Source: Pelomyxa schiedti
Lineage: Eukaryota; Protista; Evosea
DNA: 64,000 nt
Reading direction: 5' to 3'
Assembly (NCBI GenBank): GCA_020536535.1
Contig: JAHLWZ010000850.1
Coordinates: 11,186 to 75,185, forward strand
Made by a program: the position numbers and the translations under genes. Shown piece after piece: positions 12,101 to 25,100 of this stretch. The notes under the pieces were generated by a model. That model did not search any database and was not told the DNA's origin. It saw nothing but the letters and a program-made list of their open reading frames with translations. Each line of letters begins with the position of its first letter. Position 1 is the stretch's first letter.

Positions 12101-13893
12101 AGTATGGGCAGCAAAATTGAAGAAGAGTTGGAACTAGTTTCTGATGCAGTATGACCTATCCTCTTTCTCGCGACTCCCTTTTTTTTCCGTGATCATTTTT
12201 TAGGACAATTTATCCAATCTATGGCAAGAAAAAACCTCCTACTTGTTTGACACATCCTCTGCAACCTCATCCCTCCGAACAAGTTCACCAGACACTGTTA
12301 ACTCTGTGCCCCCCTTACGAGCTGGCACACTGAATAACATTGTCAATTACTTGACTTCAGAAGATTTTTACAGTTAACATCACCTAATTCTTATTAAACA
12401 TAACACTGTTCCAGATAACAAGTTTCTCAATTCTTGTATTACAACATACCAAAGTTTTTGCTCACCATGGGAATTACTGGACAAACTTCGGCAAAGGTAC
12501 AGTCTCGAATCCTAAGGAACAAATTTACTTTGGCACTGTAGATACCAGGTTCCAGAATCTATCAACCCCCAAAGAGCAGGCAAGATTAAATTACGTGTGG
12601 GAATTGTACTAAAATACTGGATTGAAAACCAGTTTCAAGATTTTGACAGTAAAACAATAAAGGTATCCAAGATTAGTTTTACTTAGCTGAACTGTACCCA
12701 GGAACTCTTTGTATTTGCTGACTGCCTTAAAAATGATGGTCACGTCAACCTTGCAAAGGCTCTTCACACAGAGCTTTTGAAGAAAGAGGCCGAGCTTCAA
12801 ACTCAGTTGCAACTGACAGCAAAAGAGTCCCCAATCGAGGTAAACGAAAAAAATGCACAACCAGAATCATCAAAAGCAAAAAACTTACAAGAAAAAAGAT
12901 ACCACCGTATTCCCTGCTGGAGGTGTGGGAATCTTCAGGCGAAGGTGACGTAGCACAACAACTGACTATGATTGACCACTCTATTTTTAGAAGTATCATG
13001 GTAAACAGCGCAGATCTTCTTTGATCCATCTTAAAATACACAGGCCTCAGAACTTCTGGATCAAAATTGGAGCAAAAAAAAGACAAAACATAAATCTGTT
13101 AATGTGCTCAGGATGATATCGAGATCCAACCAAGTTGCCTTTTGGGTGTGAATTTTTAACGACTTCAGATACACTTCTAATGCGGAGGTAGGTTGCAACT
13201 ACAATTTTATCTTGCCCCAAAGTTTCAGATAGGGCCCGGGTTTGCTCGAAGTTTATTAATGTAGCAGAGGTAACCTTCTTTTCCACTAAGGATTCTTAAT
13301 AACTTCTGCTGAAGAACTTGAGAAAGCTATGTAATTTTAATGGGTTAATGAGCATACTGGCAGGGCTAACAATGAGTCCCATATCAAGACTGTCTCTCAC
13401 TTTCCAAGCAATAAGCAAACCTGTATTAAATGTAACGTGCATTGCATATTTCTTGCTGTAACCCCCAAGAAGACTTTTGAGAAACTGCAAGCCGTGATGA
13501 ATCCTACCATGTCATTCAAGACTTACAGGGAAAACCTTCGAAGAAGTACCGAATTTTGTGTACCGTACTTGGGTACATACCTATCAGACATTACGTTCAT
13601 CTGTAATCATTCTGCCCTCCCATAACCCCCTGTCTTCTAAGTCACCCACAGGTGACGGCAATCCCGACTTTGTGGAGGGAGCTGTGGAGCCCGGGGGTAC
13701 CCCTCCCAAGTTGATCAACTTTAAAAAGCGCGAGATGGTTTACACAGTCATCGACGAGATCAGACTCTACCAACAACTTCCCTGTACCATTGTACCACAG
13801 GACCCTCTGCATACCCTTCTGCAAGAGATACCGCACTGTGACGAAAATCAGCTGTATGCTGTTTCACTGCAGCTGGAACCACGCAAACCCTAG
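9132..13893 (+). CDS. Ras guanine-nucleotide exchange factor (REM + CDC25 domains) with a long helical N-terminal region
   Basis: NKFLNSCITTYQSFCSPWELLDKL, IKLRVGIVLKYWIENQFQDFD, VAQQLTMIDHSIF, CVPYLGTYLSDITF, GNPDFV...LINFKKREMVYTVIDEIRLYQQ and SLQLEPR*. Confidence 0.9.
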
Positions 13894-14011
13894 ATAGAGG
13901 ACACAGCACATTTGGGTTTTTTGATAAATAATGTTTGTACTATTTGTGTGCAGAACATGAATAAACCAGGAATTGTTCACTATCAACTTGGGCAAGAGGT
14001 TTTTTCTTCGC

Positions 14012-15292
14012 CTACTCAGCCCAGCCCCATTCATCTTCTCCGAAGACACAAGTGTCCAGATACACATAGACGTGCTCACCGTGAGATGGGTCAGGGTGGA
14101 CTTGGTGACGGAGAAGCCAGGTGCCGTAAATGGTATCACAAAGGTCGATTGTGTAATCGCCGGTATCAGTGTCCACTTTGAAGGCAATGAACCCGTTGCT
14201 GCATCGCACTTGCGCAGTGTCGTCGTAGTGAAAGATTCGTGTTGGGTTAGTGAGGTCCTCTGTGCTGAATAGCTTGAGGGTCCCATTGTATGTGCCACCG
14301 GCCTCTGTCGCGCCTTCCAAGAAATGCCTGGCATCAATCTTGAGTGGCTTGTACATGTTCCCTTTCAACAGTTTCCGTGATTTTGGGGTCATGCTCTTCA
14401 GTTCGCAGTATCCCGGAAGGTCTTGTCTCTTGTCGCACACAGCGGCAATAAGGCTGTTCTTGGAAGAGCTAAAGGTGGCTTGAATCTGGCGACTCCTATT
14501 CGCGGCAAAGCCAGGGACTGTTTCAACAGGCACAAATTCAGACAGCTGGTAGGCATCATTGAGGTCCACAAGCCACAGCTCTTGCTTGAACTTATAATCG
14601 TAGCCCACAGGCTGCACTGACAGCACAGCCCTGTCGCCCTCCAGCAGCTCAATCCACCTCGCGCGTTTTTGCTGTTGCGAGCTTGTTATTGTATGGCAGG
14701 GTCCGCAGATATTGGCGCCGGCAAGAGGCCAGAGCCACACGGCCCTGTGCTCCCCGCTGGACTTCCACATGAAATAGGCAACACGCTGGTACATAAGCAG
14801 CCACTTGTCATTCCTCAGCACGCGCCACGGTAGGTTACCATATCCGCCACCCGCGTAGCCGCACATTGTGCTCCTGTCCACGTGCTCCTCGCGGTAATCC
14901 AGAGATGGCCAGTACATTGTCGCCAGCGTTCCCCTTTCCCACAGAAGCACGCAGTCCTCGAAGCCCGCGACGACGTTGGTGCTGGGTGGGCACTCGACTC
15001 TCCTCAGCCAAGTCACGCCAACGGTGCACGAGACGCCAACGCACAGGAACTTGAGGGAGCCAATCTGGGCCATCGGGTGCGCCACCTTGACGCCGATTGC
15101 CACGGTTCGGCTCACCCGCATGACCCACTGCCTGCCAATCGCGTCCACGAGCACCGGAGGCGGCAGGACGCGGGCGGGGCTGAACATACCACATCGACGG
15201 TGATGACTCAGTGCGAGTGCCACGAACTGGTCCCGTGCCCACGCAACGTGCTCGCGTACCCCACGCTCGTCTTTACTACTGGGCTTTTCCAT
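14012..15292 (-). CDS. Intronless hypothetical protein (~427 aa)
   Basis: Uninterrupted ORF with first ATG at 15292 (MEKPSSKDERG...RDQFVALALSHHRRCG). The C-terminal half is beta-rich with short repeats reminiscent of a propeller. No recognisable catalytic motif. Confidence 0.75.
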   Translation of the reverse strand: MEKPSSKDERGVREHVAWARDQFVALALSHHRRCGMFSPARVLPPPVLVDAIGRQWVMRVSRTVAIGVKVAHPMAQIGSLKFLCVGVSCTVGVTWLRRVECPPSTNVVAGFEDCVLLWERGTLATMYWPSLDYREEHVDRSTMCGYAGGGYGNLPWRVLRNDKWLLMYQRVAYFMWKSSGEHRAVWLWPLAGANICGPCHTITSSQQQKRARWIELLEGDRAVLSVQPVGYDYKFKQELWLVDLNDAYQLSEFVPVETVPGFAANRSRQIQATFSSSKNSLIAAVCDKRQDLPGYCELKSMTPKSRKLLKGNMYKPLKIDARHFLEGATEAGGTYNGTLKLFSTEDLTNPTRIFHYDDTAQVRCSNGFIAFKVDTDTGDYTIDLCDTIYGTWLLRHQVHPDPSHGEHVYVYLDTCVFGEDEWGWAE

Positions 15293-15503
15293 TCGCGAGT
15301 CATGGACCCACCCAATTGCCAAAAGGCATTGGCGGCAAATAAGACAAAGAGAACTTGGTTTTCTCGACCGGATTCTCTATTTCCAGTCAAAACAAACAAT
15401 AACCACAGGTGGTCACACCAACAAAGAACCCTTTGGGGAGGGTAGTGACATAATGTCAATGTCGGTGTCAGTATTGGCTCAGAGTAGATAGAAGGGGAAC
15501 TTT

Positions 15504-18500
15504 TCAGGGCAGAGGCGTGCCAAGATAGCGAGCAATGTAGTTTGCCATCATGCGGTACAGGTGCTCACGTCCATTGTTGCCACTTATGCTGTGGTCACGA
15601 TTGACATAGAACATGGTGTCAAACTGGATGTTGTTTTCAACTAGGAGCTCATTGAGGTCGCACGTGTTCATGAATTGAACGTTATCATCGGCTGGGAGAG
15701 TCCGTGGTGACAAAGTGAGGGAAAAGAGGTGGGGCAGTACCTGTTCCGTGTACAAGAAGGAAGTGACTTTTCATTTTACTTGCTTGGTATAAGACTGATG
15801 TAGCTTCATAACCGACGGGGTTAGTCTTAGGGTCTTGCATATACCTCTCAGTATAGATCGAGTCTTTAGTTTCAATAAACGAACGAGTAGAAAATTAACC
15901 AAACAAGTACCATACAAAGCCCAATCTGTGACAGGAGCAACAGATATTCCAATATCAAACGGGGACGAAGCCCCATTTGCCATGACCAAAGCCGTGACAT
16001 ATCCTCCAAATGACCATCCCCATATACCTTGTTTTGTTTTGAACAGCAGAGGACACTATAAAGTAACCTATATTTTTGTCGTCGATATAGTCATAATAAG
16101 TCTTCAGGTAACTGGAGAAAGAATTAAATGAGAGGGTGTTAGTAGTGCTACTACTTGGCAGAGTCTATCTGATCGTCGCATGCATAAAGTCCCATATCCA
16201 AACTTCAAGGCAGACTTTAGGGGGGTGAAGTGGTGACAGGAAAGTACTAGATTTGCTTCATGAAATCATCCCCACGGTATCCTGTTCCCCTGCCATCCAC
16301 TGATCCTACAACATATCTATAATAAAAGGGCTAAGTTGACTGTTGCAAGGAAAGAGGTTTTACCCATTAGATGCGAGATAGATAAGGAAGTTGTCGGTCA
16401 GATATTGCTGAGTTACCATCTGGGATCCTGGTCCTCCATATACCTTCATGAAAAGTGGATACTGTCCAAATTCATCGAACTCGGGAGGCTGCAGGAGGTA
16501 ACCATTGAAGTCTAAAAGGTAGATAAGGAAAATTGAGACACACAATAAAGAAAGACCTCCTTTTGAGGTTGGTACTGTGACAAATTTACGAGCTGGCATT
16601 TGGTATTCACTAAGTAAAGTTTTGAGGTAGTTATTATCCTCAAGTTCGCGAACTACGGCTAAAAAGCAATTTAGATGGAGAAAAGCAAACTAAGAAATAA
16701 TACTAAAGTCGGTAGTGCGCACTAAAGCTTGCTCAGGGACTGATGGTCCGTCACGATAAAGAACATACCAGTCACCATTGGGGGAGACGGAAGCAGAGTT
16801 CCTAATACAGCTAAGTATATAACTACAGAGACACGTTGGATACCATAGCCAAGGAGTGTTAGTTAAGCAAGTCTTTTCCCCGTCCATGGTAGTGGCATAG
16901 AGGTGTCGCTGTGTGGCATCGGGTTTTGCAATAAGATAAAATCTTGATTCTTTAGTAACAAGGAAAACAAGCAGAAAAAGTACAGTTGGTTTTTAGAGTC
17001 ACTCCAGCCGAGAATTTCTGCCACAACATAGTTTTCTGTTGTTAAGTAGGACATCTTGAGATTTCATGTTAATCAACTGGGGAAGGGATACTTTTGAAAA
17101 AAATGTGCAGAGAGAAATGTACACACAAAATGACCACTCGTGTGTCTCATGGCAATTTGAGCGTACCCATTCGTGTCACTCTCTATGTCAACAAATATAT
17201 CAGTATTCTTTAGGAAAAAAAGAGGATTTTGGTCCTGTAATTTGTGAGGAAGATGAAGAGTGATAGTTAAACTCTACCTCTTCAATCCAGTATGTATCAG
17301 TTCGCTCATACAATAAGATTGAGGAATCGGTTATTACATCATAGCTGTAAGTCTGCTGGTTTTGCTGGAATCTATCGAGTACACGGTAAAAAAGTGATGT
17401 TTCATTACTCCATGCGGCATATGAAATGATGTTAGTAGACGTGGCTAAAGTCTTCTACAATGTAAGAAAGATTGAAAATTGGGTTTGGAATAGACACACC
17501 GCTTCGATTGATATCAAAGAAAGTAAGTCATAGATGACAATTTCAACAGATGGATTGTTTGTCCCAGGCTAATGAACAAATGAATAAAGGTGCGAAATAT
17601 CACTGTTACCCTGGGATATCTGATTTGTCTCTGGGATGTATACTGCTGTGCGGAACTTAGTGGGTAAAAGTCAGCTTCAATTGAAAAAATTAGCAGGACA
17701 AAAACAGAAATGTGAGTTACGTATTGGGTAGATTGGAAATTCGGAGAGTGGGACCGCCGATTCATTGGTTCTAAAAAATACGTGAGAACATAAATTTACA
17801 CTGTTATTACCTCAAAAACGCAAGATAGTTGCCGGCTGGATTCCACCTTCATCACTTTGAGGAATAAAGTTGAGACATTCTAATAATCATACCAGAAAAC
17901 GCACGATGAGCCAAATACTTCTTCTTCATACACCCAACCATTTACGCCATTGAGAATGGCACCTTCTTCAGACCCATCTGTGGTTATCTGGGTACTCACT
18001 TCACTATCAGCATCAAAAATAAAAATATCACGGTTTTGTGTGTAGGCCTAATACCAGTATTAGTGGTGAAATAGGGTGTCATCTGCCAACCAAAACGTGA
18101 GTTGCTGGGGACCAATAGGCACATGTAACTTCACTGGCATCGCCAACAAATAGTAGTTGTTTGGAGGTAACCGTATAAACAGCTAGAGTGGACTTAATAG
18201 AATGTCTCCACAGCTGCCACAAATTACCCACGATTTACGAGGATAAGTAATTTACTTTAACTGGATTCAATAACAGAGCAATATAGACCTCATCAAAAGA
18301 CACGTAGTATGCATAAACGGTTGGGTCGTCTAGGCCAGTTAACTGAGAACCTTAGGCAAGGTATTCATTTTAAAGAGAATGTCACCTGCCCAAGAGAGTG
18401 TCCATCAAGCAGTACATTAGTGCTACCGTCAGCACATGTTGTCGCAATAACGGACTGGTTTCTATCCATAGTGTAATATGAATTACCTTGGTTATCAATA

Positions 18501-18955
18501 AAAACAGTAAAAAGAGGAGAAGTTGGTCTACCATCTGAACTCCATGAAACTTCAACCTATTGGTATTGAGAAGGGAAGGTACAGTGGTTCTCTTACCTTG
18601 TTCGGAGTGAAAGAGGTGTTGAAAATGTCATTGAAGCTGAATGTCTTAAGGGTAGCCGGTTCATTGGGATCGAACTCCATTACAATGACAACCACTATCA
18701 TGGTAAGCACCACCAAGAACAACAGCACTCCTAAAAACACCAGCACTTGTTGCTTTTTTTTCTGGGCATAAAAATCAGTACGAACGAATCTGGGGGAAAA
18801 ACCCATACAGAAACGTGACACGACAAGCTGGACTTATGGTGCTTGTGCTTTTTTTTGTGTTTGTCGCGGCGACCATCCGTCGAAGAGGCGGTCGACCGTG
18901 TCTCAGACGATGGAGGAGACAACAAGTTGGATTTCTCTTGTGATTGTGTCGACAT
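15504..18955 (-). CDS. Dipeptidyl peptidase IV family (S9B) serine peptidase, type II membrane protein
   Basis: N-terminal TM VLVFLGVLLFLVVLTMIVVVIV; YPLFMKVYGGPGSQMV; nucleophile GWSFGGY (~16000-16020); catalytic Asp in ADDNVQF and His in NRDHSI. Confidence 0.93.
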
Positions 18956-19181
18956 CCTAACGCAACGGCGAGATCTTACGCCCTCTCGGTCTGGGGTTTT
19001 TTTTTTCTTTTGGATCCAAAATTTTACTGGGCATCACTGCGTTCGGTGAACGCCAATTTCTCAGCAAAGGTCGGTAACGGCCAGGTACGGTGAAAAAAGG
19101 AATAAAGGATTGATTGAGGGGAAAAAAAAGACTATTGGAATATCATAACAATAAAAAACAAAATTCGCGGGGTGGTTGGCC

Positions 19182-22100
19182 TCAGCTCTTTCCTCCAGCG
19201 GTGGCGTATTGTCCTTTTCTGGCCTAAGTGTGGCTTAGTATTTGGTTTGGTAAATAGATTGGGTGGGGATTTTACCCTGAGCATCTCGTTTCTTGTCTTG
19301 CGCAGTTGCTCCTCGAGCTGTTGCATCTGAATCTGCATCTCAATTTCACGGTTGCGGGCTGCCACGAACGAGAGGCCACTTCCACCCTAGTCAGAGACTT
19401 AGAAAGTCGCACCACCCATAATAACAAAATATAAGGCACACACCGTGCTTCCTTCGTCGTCCTCCGGTGGTGTAAGTGCCTTCTTTGCAGATGACACCAG
19501 CTGAACAGTGGTATTGACGACGGACTTGGCTGCGGCAGACAAGGATTGTTGGTCCTGTGCGTGAGATTATTACAAGTTCCAGGGGGGATCTTCGCGTTCC
19601 GCGGGAAAAAAAAAAATACCTTGCTGTTGAGATCGTCAGCCTTGACCCTGGAAGCAGTCACCAATTGGGTTGTGGCTGCGACGACTGCGCGAGTTGTTGC
19701 AATTAGCTCTTCCTCGACTGGCTTGGATTTATTTGCAGCTCCGATGAGTTCTTGTACTGCCCTGACTACTTTCTGTAGTAGTTTTAGTGGGGTGGGAAGC
19801 TTAGTAGTTAACTAGTCACTGAACCTGAGCACAAGAAATGAGACCGTTAGACCATGTTGGATCTGCACGGTACTTTACGCTGGCCGATTTAAGGTTTTGT
19901 ACTCGAGCACTCTGCAGACATAACGTCACGCAAGGTCACAGTGAAGTAATTACAACTAACCTGGGAGGTTGCAGCATTGCGGACAAGATCAGTGCAGGAA
20001 ACGGCAATAGCGTGTGCACCTTCCATGATAATGGCATTTATTTCAGCTTCATCAAGCTTGACACCCTGGCTGAAAGTAAGTGATAAGCCTTTACTCCAGG
20101 GCTCGTACTCCTTTCTTCACTATTACAGGCCTAGAGGCCAACAATTTCTCAGCTGCCTCCGATATCACCTGAGCACAGCGAGTCAACTCACTACGGCTGT
20201 TAGGTGACAAAAGAAATACGAAGTAGACTCACTTCTCTGCAATGGTCTCCATATCTGCTGCTTCTTTCTCCTCTTCTTCAATGGAAAGATTCTCACCACC
20301 GGGGTATTGCCTTATCGCTTGTTCAATACTTTGTAGGGATTTGACCAGAGAGATCGAGTTTTGCTCAAGCTAGGGAAAGGTGAGATGGCTTGGCAAAAGA
20401 TGTCAACGTACAGTAGCCTTTTTAGCGGACTTCTCGTTTTCGGTGCAGACAACCATCTGAGCACCACTAGAGAGAACAACTTGTACCTGTCGCACTGTCT
20501 CTAGAACAGCAGCATCCAACTTGGCAGCAACACCAGGAGGTGGTGATAGCCGATGAACACCCTGATGCCCAATAAGATCACACAAGGTTGAAAAGGAGAA
20601 GTAAACCTTGGCGTCCTTGAGAATATTTGTGGCAGCAGCAGATAAGAAGCCAGCCGCACGTCCAACCTCGTCCTGATCGTTTGCAGTGATACCAGACTGT
20701 AACGTGGAACAAGCGGCTAAAATACGGGTTAAGTACATATTGTATGGGTAATTTACGTACCAATAATGTTTCGGGCATCGTCTACTACATTCTTGGGTTG
20801 AGATTCTGTGTTACCATCCAAGGTCGTGTATCTGAAAATGTATGAGAAAACTCAATGTTTGTTCAGAAATACCTTGAAGCTAGGTTTGAAACTGTTGCGC
20901 GGGCAGTTTCGAGGTTTCGGGATCCACGCGCAAGGTCACCCAAAGCAGTTGTTGCAATTCGAAGAAGTTGTTCTGCAGTTTGTTGAGTAAGTCCCAAAAC
21001 AAATGGGAAAGAGGTGTACGTATAGTATCAGTAACTTGCTGGTTACACAGTCCTAGGTTGTCCAGCGATGCGGTATTTTTGAGTCTTTGAGCATCTCTAC
21101 CAGTGAGTGCCAGAGCCTGACAGGCAATGCACACAGATTTCCCAGCCCCAACCAATTCCTGTTGAGAAACCATGTCTCTGTAATTGAAAGAAGGGATAAG
21201 CAAGTTTTTCTTCAAGAGAAATGAAGTCACTTGATGTGGCAAGCGGCCCCAATGGTTTCTTTCGAGAATTGAACAAAGGCCTGGGCTAAGGCATTGCAAG
21301 CCTCACCAAGAGCAACATCCGTAAGCTTACTGGAATCAATTAACCTAGCTCGGGCTGCCATCAACGTTCTTGCGGCATTGTGTAAATCAACAACCTGTGG
21401 AGGAATTTGAGGAGCAGAGGATGGGGTTCCCGGAGGAGACGGTGCTGAAGTTGGGGGTGGTCCACGAGCCGGAGTTGCAGTTGCTGGCGTAATTCCCATT
21501 GTAGCTTCATCTAATTGGCCAGCAGAAGCAAATAGAGCAGCTCGGTCCAATTGAGCAAGAGTTGTTTTGAGAAGTTCCAGAGCTTCCTCGAATATAGCCT
21601 CACCTTTAGCACCTTTTTTGGCAGCCTGCAGAAGAGCGGCCGTCGTTGTGGCAAGCTGCTTAAATGTTTCGTTCACTTTGCTAAGGAGGGTTGCATTTTT
21701 GGGGTCCATCATCATTTCCTGCAGAGGAGTTAGGGCAAACTTGAGCGAAAGCAAAAGGAAAAAGCACACCTGAACAGTCTGTAGGATTGAGTGAGCAGAC
21801 GAGATAAGTGCGGCTGTTTGGGACTTAATTTCTTGGGCAATTGCTGGTTCTGGAGCCAGTGCAGAGGCCTGTTTACTGTGCGACACCAAAACAGAGCACA
21901 TATCGGCTACTGCTTTTACAGTATTTCCCATCTAAGGTACATAAATAACAAAGAAAGAAAAAAACCCAACAAACCTGAACAAGATTGGTCTTATCAGAAG
22001 CAATAAGGGTTTTTACAGCGGCAGTGATGTTTTTACATGTGTTTGTGATCTCATCTTTGCTTGTCTGGTAACTGGCATTCTCTGGAAGGGCAACTGGTGC

Positions 22101-25100
22101 GGAGCTATTGCTATCGGCCATCGCCCTTGAAGTGGTTAGTTGCCTTCTTGTTATTGTAACCAGACATGCCTTTCAACGACTTTCAAAGCTTCATCAACCT
22201 CCTGATGCATTGAAGCGCCCGCAGATAATTTGGAGGCCAGAGCACCAATTGCGGCCGTAGCTGCTTCACTTGCGGTATGGACTGCCTGCAGAAAGAAGAT
22301 TACGGTTAAAATTTTAGGATGAAGGCTTCGCGGACTTGTAAAGACTCGACGGATGGGTTACAGGCAGACGTGAAAGCATGTTGCACAAGCTGCAAAGAAG
22401 ACTCCGCAAGTAGTTGAGCATTGCTTACAAGTTCCGCTTGGAGGTCGGGGTCGGGAGAGGTTGAGGCTGCCTGAATTGCTAGTGTACAAGCTTTCTTGAC
22501 TGCAATTGATGTTAATAAAGAGATGTTGGGGAGTAAGGAAACAACCTGCTGTAGTACACTCCTGAGCAGCACTTGCTGCAGCGCCTGAAGTAAAGCGGGC
22601 AGCAGCTTCAACTTGGCCAATCGAGTTCATAACTACTTTGGCTTGCTGCACCAGCATTTCCTGGGGGGGGGGGGGAAGATTAAATAAAGAGTTGAGGAAC
22701 ACAACCGCACCTGCAGTTTTTGGTGGGGGGTGTCAGCTGGTGTATCTCCCAACGTGCCCACAGCCACAGCCATTGATGCTGAGGCCACTTCACCTATCAC
22801 GGCTCGTAAACTCTCATTGCAATTCTCTACTGTGTCAGCACCAGCAATGGCACTACTTGCTGTAAAATAGGTGAGATGGAAGTATGACCTAACTATAAAA
22901 AAGGGCTTACCAAGTTTCATAAATTTCTTGACTGCTTCACTGACTACCAAGCCATTCTCCGTCAAAGTGGCAATTTGTTCTTTATCCCCGGGCTTGGCTG
23001 AAACGGACATGGAACTGAAAACGAGTTGGGTGGTGGCTCCACACAATTCTTTAACAGCGGCCACCATCTTCTCACTCTTGTCTGCTGCGAGGGCTTCACT
23101 GTAGAAAGATTAATATGATAAAAAAGGGAAAAAAAAATGAACCTGGACTGTGATGTGTGCACAGTAAATTCACCGATCAATTTTTCAGCAGCATCAAGGA
23201 ATTCATCACCAACTTGCTTCAACTGATTCTTACCATCTGGAGAACCAGAAGCAGCAAGCTAATAAGGATGTTAACACAAGAGAGGGGAGTGTTCCAAACC
23301 TTGGTCACGTGTGCAATTTTTGCAAGTCCTTTATTGAGGTTGCCTGCTCGGTGTTGGAGGGCAGTGAGTTTTTCTGCATTGGCAGTCTTCTCAGCCTCTC
23401 TGTGTGAGTTTAGTAACCATAGCGTCTCCCATAGAACAGTACTTTTCAAAAGTGAGCAACACATTCATGGCTTTCTGGATTCCTTGCACAGCAGCAACCA
23501 TTTGTTGAGGGGCATCTTTGGCTTCAACAAGTTTAGCTATAGACTGCTTCAGCTGAGAGAGTGGCCCAACAAGATTCTCTGGAATTCGATTTTCCTTCAC
23601 GGGGTGAGTGTTAGGCTGCTCAAAGATGGAAAAACCTCTGGTGCTATCATTGCCCTTGCAACATCAACTATCTGCCGAACATTGTCAGCAGCAGCTCTAG
23701 CGTGAGCTGTCATGGCACCTTGGTTTTTTTATTATTCAATGGGAAAAAGTAGCACTATGAAAAACCTGGGGCTGTTCGGGATTTGGAAACAATCGCTACA
23801 GTATTCTCGGTCAAGCTCCTGGTAATAGGGGCGAAGTCGCGCACTGCAGCGGAGGGAGATATATGTGTTACACCAGAAAAGTTTGTTAGGTCTTGTGAAG
23901 ATTCGCTAATAACCTGGACAAGTGTTAAAATAGAAATGGCCTGTGAGCCCTAACCTCAAGAGCTTCCTCACAATCTCGGTTAGATACAGCACCAAATGTG
24001 CGCATAAGTTTGTTGAGAGAGTTCGCCACGGCCTTGGAGGCATCCAAAAGGGAACTGAGTAGATTTCAATTTAATTGAAAGGTGTGAGTAGGGAACTGAC
24101 GTATCAACAGCACTTTTTCCCGTCTGTTTTCTAGCAACAGCAAGAGCAGTTCCATATTGATTTAGGAGGTTACGTGTGTTCTTAATGATTTCTTCTTGCG
24201 CCTTGGGATTGTCAGTAGCACCAGCTTAAGAAGCATTAACAAATATGAACACCCCCATATGTATACCAGCAATATTTGTGGCCTCAACAAGGGAAGGAAC
24301 AGTACTGGACATTACTTGAACGGCTGCTCCCACCCCACCTGGATTGGTTTGAACTAAAGTGGCAACCTAACAAAATGAGCAACAAAGCCAGGTATTTACA
24401 TAAATAAAACCTGACTGACTCCAGCACTTAAGGCTTTTGCACAATTTGTAACCCTCTCAATCGCAGTGGCAAGAGGGACAGTCACCCCAGTAGCTGGCTT
24501 GAGAAGGGCCATTTGTGCTTTCACTACATTGATAGCTTCGTCAATTTCGTGCAAGTTGGCCTAAAAAAATGAGAAATTGTGTAAACTAAGAATACAACAT
24601 CGGTGGCTGTAAGTTCAGCAAGAGAAGCTTTCACACGTTCTAAGGAGCTTTCCAGAGCAGCAATACCTTCGGCTGTTGGACGAACAACCACTGTTGTGGC
24701 AGTATTGAATAGATCTGAGAGGTTTTAGATCAAAAAAAAAAAATTTCAGACTGAACCTGTGGTTGCTTGACTCAGTGATTTGGCAGCAAGGGTGAGCCTC
24801 AACTGCTGTTGTTTATCAGCAATTGTTGGTACGAGAGCTTTTATTGCTGTTATGACTTGTACTGTGCTGTTTGCAGCTGCTCGCGACCGGGCAGCCAACT
24901 AGTAACGTGAATTAAAAACCTCTTAATCTACAAATTTTCCATAACGCACCATTCTTGGCTCGTTCTGTGCTGAAGTTGCAACAAAAGAGGCCTCATTTGA
25001 AAGTGTTTTCGCGGACAAAGTCAGAAGGGCCATTGCATCTTCATTGGCATGTCTGTCAGTGATCTTTGTAAGGGTCCCATTTTGGACCGAGGCCAGCAAA

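Noticed and set aside
19020-19100. Minus-strand ACCGUACCUGG, a GCGUUC/GAACGC hairpin and an Sm-like AAAUUUUGG
   Set aside because: Too short for U1, and it sits in the 226-bp gap needed for the talin 3' UTR and the DPP4 promoter/5' UTR; insufficient support.
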